DNA of 64,000 bases from a virus, in the IMG/VR virus record IMGVR_UViG_3300035698_004199, positions 10,292 to 74,291 of that record. One strand, given 5' to 3'. Positions 7,131 to 16,399 of this stretch are shown piece after piece. Positions within the stretch are counted from its first letter, which is position 1, and the number at the start of each line of letters is the position of its first letter. Under the pieces are notes generated by a model. The model saw only the letters and a list, made by a program, of their open reading frames with translations, did not search any database and was not told where the DNA came from. Both the position numbers and the translations under genes were made by a program.

Positions 7131-10100
7131 ATGGCCTTTTCTGGAAGAAACTATGCTCCTCCTGGTATTTATACCCAGACAAATTTTGAAAACCCTTTGG
7201 GCTCTGCTTTAGAAAGCCTCAAAATCCCTGTGATTATCGGGGAAGGAAATGAGGACCTTTTCCAACAGGATTTGGAAGTGGTTAGAGGTTCCTCTGCTTC
7301 AGTAGATCAGCAAGTCGTTCAGGAGGATCAGACCGGAAGGGCTGTTTTCTCTATAAGTGCTGCTGGGGTTGTAACTAGGACAGCGTTTGATGGTGTCTTG
7401 GACAAATTCCAAGTAGTGAACCGCCCTATAGTTACAGGTGATGGCACCGGAACAACCACACTTAGCAGAAATGATATTGTGGTGACTGTAAATGATGAGC
7501 CTGTTGTGGTTCGTGCTATTACAGGCAGTACCGGTATAATTCAGCTGGCACAGGCACCTGTAGCGGGTGACCTTGTTCGTTGTACCTATTTCTTTAACAG
7601 AACAGACACTCTTGTGCTTGATGATGTTTCAGAACAGGTGCCGAACAGAATGGCAACAGTTCGGGCCGTACAGGGCTTGGCTGATGTGGATAGCCATCTT
7701 GCAGGGACAAGCACCTTGGACCTTCATGGTGATATCCTAAACCCAACTACAGGGGCAGTGGTTACTCCTGCTAACAACGTCTTGAATCTGGTTGTAGACG
7801 GTACTGCTAGGTCTATCACACTGTCGGCTAAAACCGATTATACAATGGCTCAGGTAGCTGCTGCGATAATTGCTGCTCAGGCAGGAACTTTGCTGGCCAG
7901 TACCTTTAATAACAACTATGGCATGTCTGCTTTGATGCTGACAGCAACTAACAGTCTTATTGTTAAGGCTGGTAGTGCAAATGGTGACATAGGTCTTGCA
8001 GATAATTCTGCTGACAATCGTACCAGTACCTTTTATGTGTTTAATGGACCAATTGTGGACGGAACCGGTGGCGGCGTTATTACTACCGATCCTTCCCATG
8101 TAACCGTAAGGGTTGCAGGTCGCCAGGTAATACCTACTGCTGTTGATGGTAGTACAAGAGCTGTTACTTTGGCTCAAGCCCCCGCTGCGGGTGTTACTGT
8201 TACTATTCAGTACTACTGGAATACTTGGCAAGACACTTTTGATTACCTTGCTCACATAGGGGTAACAAGTGTAAGTCGCTGTGGGACAGTTCCTGGAAGT
8301 ACAGACTACACTGAGGATGCTGATTTTATTCTACAGAATGACAGAATCATGTGGGGTACAGCGGCAACTACAGAAGCAGGACTGAATACTGTAGGTGCGA
8401 CAACCTTTGATACTGCCCAGATCTCAATGACCTTGGTAGACAACAGGGTGTTTATGTCTCCTTGCACGTCACTTTCAGGTTTGACATTCCAACTTCCGCT
8501 AAACCCAACTTTGGGCAATGGGCGTGACACACCTCTGGGCTCTAGCCTTTTCCAGACTCTCAGCAATGGAAGGATTGACCTTCCTGTTAACCGCCCTGAT
8601 GTGATTTGGGCTTACTGGGGATATAGTGTTCAGGATGCTCTTAACAGAGGCAAGGTTGAAGTTATTAAAGTTGAGGGTATTGTCATCACCCTGAGCGAAA
8701 CGGTCCCTACAGGGGCCACAGTTTATGCTACTGCATATTACAATCAATTGACAGACAGTACTTATACACTGGCTTGCATAACAGAAGGCCCTATGGGCAC
8801 CGGACAGTATGGCATAACAGATGCCAATGCTGATGATGTCTATGCTCCTTATATGGTAGCAGGCAGCAAGGGTGCTGGACTGACAGGTATTACAGTTGAG
8901 TTCCCCAGTGGATCTGAGCTGCTTCCTGACTTCAGGTTTGAAGCTGGTTCGGGCAGTCTGTTTGTAGGCCCCAAAGAAGAGATTGTAACTGTTCAATTGG
9001 AAGAACGGGATGCAACTTTGGCTAAGTATGTTCTTCCGGGAACTGCACCCTATGTGTTTATCCCCAGTGAGTCAGATCACCTGAGGCTTACATTACGTGC
9101 TGCTGACGTGTTTACAGCCACAGGCTTGGACCTTGGGTCTCCTTCAGCAGTGGCAGCTCACTCGGAGGGCTTTTTCTCTACTCTAGTAGGGTCTGAAATT
9201 TCTTATACAGGTACTCTGGCTGGAACTGTAGGTCAGACATTCACTACTACAGCAACAGAAAACCTTACTCTTAAAATAGATGGTGTGACTGTTCCAGTAG
9301 TGATACCGCCTACTACAGGGTTTGACGCATCTGATATGGTGGAACGTATCAACGATAGTGCGAGTGGTCATCATGGTGTGCCTGTTGGGTTGGGTGGTGC
9401 AAGCACTATTCTGTTGGCATCTATAGCGTCAACTGCAGATGATTATTATGTGGGTTGGAAAGTTGTAATAGGAAATGGAGGGGCTGTAGGTGTGGCAACC
9501 CAGGAGACCCGTACTATAACAGCTTATGCTGGTGGTGTTACTCAGATAGCAACGGTTGACGTTCCTTGGACGGGAACACCACCTACAACCGCTGACACTT
9601 ACTACATTTACAATCCTGAAACTGTAGCTGTTATGACAGGGGCCACTAAGTTTAATAGTTCTGTAGAGATTGACGCAAACGATTTCAATCTTTTGAACTT
9701 TATCTATACAGGAGATACCAACACTACTACTGGACCACTGGTTGCTACAATCTCATCTGCTACTTATGGGTCAGCCGCTCTATTAGCAGCACAAGTTGAA
9801 ACCCAACTTGTAACCGCTGTCTCTACTATTTTGGGAGCAAGCCCCGAATTTACAGGCCTGACGATTTTCTGTGCTGCAAACTCAGAAGGTCAACTTGAAT
9901 TTTCCATGCAGTTGCCTGGTGATGATAGTGCTGGTATGCTTGAATTTGTGGAAGATGCAACTCCTGCCAAGGACTTTGCTATTCTGGCAGGTTTGAGTAC
10001 CGGTGCAGCAACTAATAGCAGTCAGACCGCTCTAATACAGGGGCCTGTGGCTTGGGCTTATGAATGCCCCGATTCTACCCATCTCAAGATTTATGACCGT

Positions 10101-12347
10101 TTGATTATCCGTGGCAGACTTCTACCCGGTGCTAGTACAGCTTCTATGGCTGCTGATGACACAGTATCTAATTGTGGTATTACAGTCACAGTGGGTAATG
10201 CTGCTTTGACAGGCTTGGAAACTGGAGACTACGGTGTGGCAGGTTCCGGTGCAGTAGTACACGCAGCTACTATGGCAGGTGCTGTTGGTTTTGCGGGTGG
10301 GCAAGATCCCACCACTATGCAACCCCTAATAACTTTCTATGATGGCACAGGAACACAGGCTGCAAACAACGTGTTTGACTTTGAAATTGACGGGACTCCT
10401 GTATCTGTTACTTTTACTGCAGGAGCAAAGCTGTTTGGACCGCAGACTGATGGAGCATCAGTTCTGGGCCTGATAGAGACAGCATTGACAGTTGCAGGCA
10501 CTTCTATTAGGCAAGAGGGTGCTGGTTGGCGTCTGCTTTCAGGCAAAACAGATGCTCTTTCAAAGATTGTTATTGGATCTGGTTCTGCTAATAATGTCCT
10601 TGGGGTTTCTTCTGGTGCAACAGCACTTAGAAGTCTTGTATCAGTTCGGACACTTGCTTCAGCACTTATGGCAAACAAGGACACTTCTTTTGCAGATTGG
10701 GTTTTTGATTTTACAAATATACCCGCAGGTGACACCTTTGTAAAATGGGGTCTGGCTTCTGTGATACAGGATGCTGCAGGTGCTGACTATGTAATGATTC
10801 AGGACGCTCCTATTTTAATAGCATCCTTGGGGCCTGCTTCTATAGTAACCCTAACAGCCCCAACCGCACAAAGCGTGTTGCTCTATAATACAGGCATAAC
10901 AGGCCTAGCTGGTGACGGTGCTGTAGGCGATCCTGCTCTAAATGGATACTTTATAACTTCAAGCGATACCACTGGATCAGGTTCTTCCGGCACATCAATT
11001 CTGAATGCTGGTACAGGTCAGGACGGAATTGTAGGCCAAACTTACCACGACGATGTTACTGGTCTAACCTTTACTATTCTGCCTAGAGGCTGGAGTACAG
11101 ATCAGCAAGGCCCCTGGGTTTCATACCCAACGGGTGCTACCGCAACTTTCAACATTCGCTGCTCTACAACCTTTACTACAGGGAATACCCCGCTCAACGC
11201 CATTCCAGGCCTTGAGCTGAAGGTTGCTAACACTTACGGTGTTGCTGTAGATGATACTGCTATAGTGACTACCTTTGAAAGATCCGGTGAAGAGCCTGGT
11301 ATTGGTGATCTCTACTATGTGTCTTATGTTTACAGCAAACAGGATTACGGTACACAGCTTTACACTAAGTTTGCTTCCATTGAGGCTGCTTATGGTACAG
11401 CCACTCCTGATAGCCCTGTAACACTGGCCTCTTGGATGGCACAATCTAACGGTGCTGTTCTGGTTGGTATCAAACAGGTTGAACGGGAAGAAGGCTATGC
11501 ACAGGCAAGCCTGACAACTTATCGAGATGCTGTAACTGAACTGGAAGGGATGCTTCCTGGTTTTGTATCTGCGGATATCTTGGTACCCCTTAGAGGAGAC
11601 AGCATTGATCTTTACAAGTTCATAAAAGCCTCTTGTGCTAAAATGTCTAGCTACAGGTACAAAGCAGAACGTACTGCAATTTTAGGTCTGCCTATGGGAT
11701 CTCTTCCCCAGACTGTAATTACTACAGCCCGGACTTTGGCTGACACTCGTATGCGCTTGGTTTATCCTGACATGGGTGTTATTAACACTCAGGATAATGT
11801 GGGAGTAACCAAGGAATACATCATTGATGGTACTTATATAGCTGCTGCCCTTACAGGTTCTATTGTGAGCCCTAATGTAGACGTTGCGACACCTTGGACA
11901 GGCCGTAGGCTGGTAGGCTTCACACAGCTTGCTAGGACTCTTGATTCAGTAGAGATGAATCAGATTGCACAGAACGGTGTTATCATCCTTGAAGATAAGC
12001 CTCCTTATCTCAGGGTACGTCACGGTTTGACTACAGACATGACAAATACGCTTACCAAGTTGCCTACTATCATTATGATTGCAGACGAAGTACAGCGTCA
12101 GTCCCGTAACACTCTGGATTCCTTTATCGGCGTCAAGTTTATTCCGGGTATTGCAAGTCAGGTAGAAGGCCGTTTGTCAATGCTGCTTAAATCACTGGTA
12201 GCTGCTCAGATTATCTCTGCTTATACCGGCGTTACAACCACTACTTCGCCCGACGATCCCACACAGCTTGATATCTCAGCTTACTGGGTTCCGATCTTCC
12301 CGCTGCTCTACATACAAATCACCTTCGGTGTCCGTTCCGCTATCTAA
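7131..12347 (+). CDS. Giant contractile tail sheath protein (~1738 aa) with many inserted domains
   Basis: N-terminal YAPPGIYTQT...PVIIGEG and a C-terminal sheath core (EMNQIAQNGVIILE...VRHGLTT...PIFPLLYIQITF). RBS GAGGT before ATG 7131. Confidence 0.9.
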   Translation: MAFSGRNYAPPGIYTQTNFENPLGSALESLKIPVIIGEGNEDLFQQDLEVVRGSSASVDQQVVQEDQTGRAVFSISAAGVVTRTAFDGVLDKFQVVNRPIVTGDGTGTTTLSRNDIVVTVNDEPVVVRAITGSTGIIQLAQAPVAGDLVRCTYFFNRTDTLVLDDVSEQVPNRMATVRAVQGLADVDSHLAGTSTLDLHGDILNPTTGAVVTPANNVLNLVVDGTARSITLSAKTDYTMAQVAAAIIAAQAGTLLASTFNNNYGMSALMLTATNSLIVKAGSANGDIGLADNSADNRTSTFYVFNGPIVDGTGGGVITTDPSHVTVRVAGRQVIPTAVDGSTRAVTLAQAPAAGVTVTIQYYWNTWQDTFDYLAHIGVTSVSRCGTVPGSTDYTEDADFILQNDRIMWGTAATTEAGLNTVGATTFDTAQISMTLVDNRVFMSPCTSLSGLTFQLPLNPTLGNGRDTPLGSSLFQTLSNGRIDLPVNRPDVIWAYWGYSVQDALNRGKVEVIKVEGIVITLSETVPTGATVYATAYYNQLTDSTYTLACITEGPMGTGQYGITDANADDVYAPYMVAGSKGAGLTGITVEFPSGSELLPDFRFEAGSGSLFVGPKEEIVTVQLEERDATLAKYVLPGTAPYVFIPSESDHLRLTLRAADVFTATGLDLGSPSAVAAHSEGFFSTLVGSEISYTGTLAGTVGQTFTTTATENLTLKIDGVTVPVVIPPTTGFDASDMVERINDSASGHHGVPVGLGGASTILLASIASTADDYYVGWKVVIGNGGAVGVATQETRTITAYAGGVTQIATVDVPWTGTPPTTADTYYIYNPETVAVMTGATKFNSSVEIDANDFNLLNFIYTGDTNTTTGPLVATISSATYGSAALLAAQVETQLVTAVSTILGASPEFTGLTIFCAANSEGQLEFSMQLPGDDSAGMLEFVEDATPAKDFAILAGLSTGAATNSSQTALIQGPVAWAYECPDSTHLKIYDRLIIRGRLLPGASTASMAADDTVSNCGITVTVGNAALTGLETGDYGVAGSGAVVHAATMAGAVGFAGGQDPTTMQPLITFYDGTGTQAANNVFDFEIDGTPVSVTFTAGAKLFGPQTDGASVLGLIETALTVAGTSIRQEGAGWRLLSGKTDALSKIVIGSGSANNVLGVSSGATALRSLVSVRTLASALMANKDTSFADWVFDFTNIPAGDTFVKWGLASVIQDAAGADYVMIQDAPILIASLGPASIVTLTAPTAQSVLLYNTGITGLAGDGAVGDPALNGYFITSSDTTGSGSSGTSILNAGTGQDGIVGQTYHDDVTGLTFTILPRGWSTDQQGPWVSYPTGATATFNIRCSTTFTTGNTPLNAIPGLELKVANTYGVAVDDTAIVTTFERSGEEPGIGDLYYVSYVYSKQDYGTQLYTKFASIEAAYGTATPDSPVTLASWMAQSNGAVLVGIKQVEREEGYAQASLTTYRDAVTELEGMLPGFVSADILVPLRGDSIDLYKFIKASCAKMSSYRYKAERTAILGLPMGSLPQTVITTARTLADTRMRLVYPDMGVINTQDNVGVTKEYIIDGTYIAAALTGSIVSPNVDVATPWTGRRLVGFTQLARTLDSVEMNQIAQNGVIILEDKPPYLRVRHGLTTDMTNTLTKLPTIIMIADEVQRQSRNTLDSFIGVKFIPGIASQVEGRLSMLLKSLVAAQIISAYTGVTTTTSPDDPTQLDISAYWVPIFPLLYIQITFGVRSAI

Positions 12348-12365
12348 GCCTTTCACACATAACTT

Positions 12366-12397
12366 AAGAAATCCTCCTTTACAGGGGATTTCTTTGT
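12366..12397 (+). terminator. Putative intrinsic terminator after the sheath gene
   Basis: Stem AAGAAATCCT(C)/(G)GGGATTTCTT with a T-rich 3' side. Confidence 0.65.
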
Positions 12398-12416
12398 AAA
12401 AAGATTAAGACACCTC

Positions 12417-12444
12417 TTGACAGTGGCGGTTTCATGGGTATATT
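12417..12444 (+). promoter_or_regulatory. Host sigma70-type promoter for the MerR-VIT/vWA cassette
   Basis: Perfect -35 TTGACA (12417-22), 16-nt spacer and -10 TATATT (12439-44), followed by RBS AGGAGG and ATG 12470. Confidence 0.75.
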
Positions 12445-12469
12445 AGATTGAGGTTAGGAGGACCGAATT

Positions 12470-12856
12470 ATGCAATACACAATGCAAGAGTTATCAGAGG
12501 CCGCGGGAGTTCCAGGCCGCACAATCCGTTATTACATTTCTGAAGGTTTGCTTCAGGGGCCCACTATGCTAGGGTCAAAAGCCAACTATACGGAAGAGCA
12601 CCGGCAGAAATTAGAAAAGATCAAAAAGCAAAAAGAGCAAGGCCAATCTTTACAAGAGATTCAATTTGCTCAGCTACAAGACTTTGGAATAGTTTTACCT
12701 GAACCAGTTTGTGGTTGCGTTTGGGAAGAATACCTTGTGGCAAACAATATGTGGTTTAGATTGAAGGTGGGTTGTTTACCCCCGCATAAGAAACGTCAGG
12801 TTTTGAAAATCTTGGCTAAATTCATTAAGTCTATCAAAGAGGAGATTGACAAATGA
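12470..12856 (+). CDS. MerR-family HTH DNA-binding protein
   Basis: YTMQELSEAAGVPGRTIRYYISEGLL...YTEEHRQKLEKIK...GQSLQEI is a canonical MerR HTH. Confidence 0.92.
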   Translation: MQYTMQELSEAAGVPGRTIRYYISEGLLQGPTMLGSKANYTEEHRQKLEKIKKQKEQGQSLQEIQFAQLQDFGIVLPEPVCGCVWEEYLVANNMWFRLKVGCLPPHKKRQVLKILAKFIKSIKEEIDK

Positions 12857-15240
12857 AAACAGAAAGAACAGGGTTGTTTAATTCTAATGGTGGGGCTGTC
12901 CGTTTGGCAATGGAACGTGTGGAACTGACAGGTCAAGTAGGACCTACAGGTGGCGTCCTAACCTTGTTGCACAGCTTCAAGTGTGCGGAAAAATCACCAA
13001 TGGAAGCTGTTTATGTGTTCCAACTGCCCAGAGGTGGAGTGATTAGGCGTTTCAAAGTAAAGGGGGAAGACTTTGAAGTTGAATCCGAACTGAAACCCAA
13101 AGTAGAAGCACGTGAAACATATGAGGCGGGCATTGAAGCAGGACACCAGTCTACATTGCTAGAGACAGGACCAGATGGTTTGATCTCTTTAATGGTGGGG
13201 CAAGTGCAGCCGGATGAATCTATTGTTGTAGCAGTAGAGCTTGTTTGTGGTGTTGAACTGCGGGATTCAGAATACAGGTTCCGGTTCCCATTGACTCTAG
13301 CACCCAACTACCATTCAAATTCGACCAGTTACAATAGTTCCCAGGGCTTGAAGATAGAAATGCCAGCAAAGATTTTTGGGGATCTGTTGCTTCCTACTTG
13401 GGTTGACACTAATAGTGAAACACATGAGATCCGTTGTAATCTTCGGGTGGCTGCTTTGGGCCAAATGGGGAAAGTTTCTTCCATCTCTCACAATATAGGT
13501 GTAACACCAAACTCAGACGGATCCGCAGATATTAGTTTGATGGTTGGAAGTCAAAAGGATTGTGATAGAGACTTTGTTCTGGACGTACAGACAAAGACAT
13601 TAGCACCCTGCTTATTTGCAGATGAATCCTTGCTGGCCTTTAAAGAGCAAGAGCCCGGTAAGCCCCGGTGGCTTGTAAGCATCCCTGCTGAAACAATTCC
13701 TGCTCAAGAAGCGGCTAGTAGGGATGTCGTGTTTTTACTGGATCAATCCTACTCTATGAAAGGTTCTAGACTTAACCAAGCCAAAGCAGCTTTGAAGGCT
13801 TGTCTTTCTGCTCTGAATCCAACAGATAGGTTTGGGCTGCTCAGCTTTAATAATGTGGTAAAACAGTTTCATGACACTATGGCTAAAGCAACAGATACAA
13901 ACAGAAAAAGGGCTGACAAGTTTCTAGAGGGGCTTATTGCGGATTCCGGTACAGGATTGTTAGAAGCTCTAGGTCAGGCAGTAGCATTGGCAGGGCATGA
14001 TGGCGATATCTTTTTGCTTACAGATGGGGAGGTTTACGAAACGGGTTCTATTATTCAAAACACAGCCCAAGCGGGATGTAAGGTACATGTTCTTGGGGTT
14101 GGAGACGCCTCTCAGGATCGTTTTCTAGCACAACTAGCTGCTAAAACAGGCGGTCTTCAGAAGATGGCAAACAGTAATGAAAACGTAGCAGAATCCGCTT
14201 TGGAATTGTTTTCTGCTGTTAAAAGCCCAAAGCAACAGAATGTAGTGGCAAAGGTTTTCGGTTCAGGAAAGCCTTTGTCTATCAAGGTAGGGCATGTATG
14301 GAGTGGTAGACCTATATTGCTTAGAGATGAAAGCAATCAGGCATCCTTTATCCCTACTAAGGTAGAACTATCCTGGGGTGCAAAAGAAAAGACACAGGTC
14401 CTTTTGACAGAACAGAAGATCATGCCTGATGATGTGTTGGCTTTAGCATGGGCAGGGAAGCAGGTTGAAGATATGGAAGCAGCTTTAGACAGTGCAGCAC
14501 AAGGCCCTGCATATGTAGCTCTCAATCGGAAACTGAAAGACTTGTCTATAAAGTATGGCTTGGCTTCCCGTGTCATGTCGCTGTGTGCTGTGATGAAACG
14601 TGTGGGTGACATTGCAGGGGAAACTTCAAAGCAAGTGATTTGCCCTGTAAAAATGCCTTGGGATCGCAGTAAGACAGAGCTTATTTGTTGTGCTTGCAAT
14701 TCTAGTATGGATTTCGCCCCAACGGTTACTTATCATCGGATTTGCAGCGGGGGTGATGCCTTGACAAATAGAGGCCTTCTCCCTATAGCACAGAATAGTA
14801 GTCGTTTCTGTGATATAGGGGGCGGTGGTAGCTGGGGCGGTGGCTGGGGCGGTGATGTTTCAGCAGCGAGTCTTCCAATGCTTGTAGAAGACTGTGATAG
14901 TTGCACACTTGAAGAGGACTGTTATAGTTCTTTGATTGACTATGTGGGATGTCTGCAGGCAGATGGTAGTGTACCTAATACAAATAGAGAAACCTCTGTA
15001 CTCAAAACTTTGTTGCTGGCAATTCTGATCAAACAATCAAACCAAGCATTTATTTTTGCATCTCATATGAAAAAAATGCTGGTCTTTCTGAAAGCCAATC
15101 AAGATTTTACTTGGGTTCCGGGAGTTGTATCCTTTTTGGAAAGCGATAAAAACCCGCACAGCCTTATAGATTGGGATGTTGAATATAAGACGGCACAAGT
15201 CATGACACCCGCATTAGAAAGCTACCTGCAACAGCTTTAG
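12853..15240 (+). CDS. VIT + vWA domain protein (VWA5A/PARP4/ITIH-like architecture)
   Basis: VIT domain (EAVYVFQLP...EARETYEAGIEAG) and vWA with intact MIDAS (DQSYS, T in SGTGL, LLTDG). Post-vWA KYGLASRVMSLCAV and LQADGS motifs. ATGA overlap with the MerR gene. Confidence 0.9.
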   Translation: MKTERTGLFNSNGGAVRLAMERVELTGQVGPTGGVLTLLHSFKCAEKSPMEAVYVFQLPRGGVIRRFKVKGEDFEVESELKPKVEARETYEAGIEAGHQSTLLETGPDGLISLMVGQVQPDESIVVAVELVCGVELRDSEYRFRFPLTLAPNYHSNSTSYNSSQGLKIEMPAKIFGDLLLPTWVDTNSETHEIRCNLRVAALGQMGKVSSISHNIGVTPNSDGSADISLMVGSQKDCDRDFVLDVQTKTLAPCLFADESLLAFKEQEPGKPRWLVSIPAETIPAQEAASRDVVFLLDQSYSMKGSRLNQAKAALKACLSALNPTDRFGLLSFNNVVKQFHDTMAKATDTNRKRADKFLEGLIADSGTGLLEALGQAVALAGHDGDIFLLTDGEVYETGSIIQNTAQAGCKVHVLGVGDASQDRFLAQLAAKTGGLQKMANSNENVAESALELFSAVKSPKQQNVVAKVFGSGKPLSIKVGHVWSGRPILLRDESNQASFIPTKVELSWGAKEKTQVLLTEQKIMPDDVLALAWAGKQVEDMEAALDSAAQGPAYVALNRKLKDLSIKYGLASRVMSLCAVMKRVGDIAGETSKQVICPVKMPWDRSKTELICCACNSSMDFAPTVTYHRICSGGDALTNRGLLPIAQNSSRFCDIGGGGSWGGGWGGDVSAASLPMLVEDCDSCTLEEDCYSSLIDYVGCLQADGSVPNTNRETSVLKTLLLAILIKQSNQAFIFASHMKKMLVFLKANQDFTWVPGVVSFLESDKNPHSLIDWDVEYKTAQVMTPALESYLQQL

Positions 15241-15242
15241 TC

Positions 15243-15258
15243 CGTTAATTCCTTTATG
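15243..15258 (+). promoter_or_regulatory. Putative late promoter (CGTT-N7-TTATG) for the tail tube; second copy at 15340-15355
   Basis: Two copies of the spaced motif lie between the cassette stop and the tube gene. Confidence 0.5.
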
Positions 15259-15304
15259 CCCTCGCAATTTATGTAGTGGTTTTTTGAAATAAATTGCGAG
15301 GGCA
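15257..15304. repeat. Perfect 16-bp inverted repeat
   Basis: TGCCCTCGCAATTTAT (15257-72), a 16-nt loop, then ATAAATTGCGAGGGCA (15289-304). Confidence 0.95.
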
Positions 15305-15402
15305 CACACCCACCATGAAAAATCAGAAACCCGTAAAGTCGTTTGTGAGCCTATAAGATACGGAAAGTGTGTGGTCTATAAACGACCTTGATGGAGGACA
15401 GT

Positions 15403-16209
15403 ATGCCAAACCAAGACCTTAATAGTTCAACAACGGGTGTAGGGGGTTCATCTTACATTTATAACATGGGCACATCACCTGAGACCCGTGTAGCTGTGTC
15501 AACGAAAGTACGCATTCTCACACCTCATTATGGGAACAATGAAGCCATGTCCCAAATGGGTGTTGTTTCACAGTTTTCTCCTAGTATGAGTAAAAGTGTG
15601 GAGCCTGTTCGTGGGGTGGGTTTTGGTGATACCATTGCAGAGAATGTACCATCAGTAACCGACCCTGTAAATGGAAGCTTTGAAAGAGCACTGCTCTATC
15701 TATGCAACCTATGGCAGGCTACTGGCTATGCTTCTGGTATTGATGGCCCTGTGCGTAGTTTAGCACACCACAGATGGCCCTTTGATATTGAACAGCAAAT
15801 TGTCTTTTCAACTTTGGCTGATGCTGATCTTGGAGCAGAGAGTACTGGGGCTTCCGGTATTGGTGTACAAGGCGGTATGAAAGCAGTTTCCTTCCCACCG
15901 GTAACAGGCGTTACCAATAGCTTGGGTCACACTGCAGTTATTACTATTTACGAAGCATGCTGGTTTACGGATTGGAATACTTCTTTCGCACGTGATTCAG
16001 GAATGATTCTTGAAAGCGGGCAGATTATTGGAACTTCTGTACATGACTTTTCTTCTGTTTATGGAGAGTTCATGGCTTCAGGTAATGATCCCACAATCGG
16101 CCAGCTTGGATCTTTAAGGTTCCTGAGTGATTCTATCCAGAATCCTGTAGGACAGGCTGGTGGCGGTGTTGGCGGCGGTGGTCAGAAACAGTCTTATGTG
16201 ACTGTGTAA
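15403..16209 (+). CDS. Tail tube protein
   Basis: Tube-like pattern (VEPVRGVGFG...ERALLY...FDIEQQ...ITIYEACWFTDWNTSF...ILES), after the sheath and before the chaperones and tape measure. RBS GGAGGA. Confidence 0.8.
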   Translation: MPNQDLNSSTTGVGGSSYIYNMGTSPETRVAVSTKVRILTPHYGNNEAMSQMGVVSQFSPSMSKSVEPVRGVGFGDTIAENVPSVTDPVNGSFERALLYLCNLWQATGYASGIDGPVRSLAHHRWPFDIEQQIVFSTLADADLGAESTGASGIGVQGGMKAVSFPPVTGVTNSLGHTAVITIYEACWFTDWNTSFARDSGMILESGQIIGTSVHDFSSVYGEFMASGNDPTIGQLGSLRFLSDSIQNPVGQAGGGVGGGGQKQSYVTV

Positions 16210-16399
16210 ACGGTGGACGGCCCCAGAGGCTTGTTAAAATATAGATTTAGCTTAATGTAATTCAGAAATTTCTTGTTGCGCTTCGTGTCCCCCTTTTGGG
16301 TGGTAAGATAAACATGTAAATGGGAAGATACGCACAGATCCTTTGTCCTACCTTTTAGTACTCTGCGGCTTCCCCATAATTATTATAGAGGAAGCAAAC

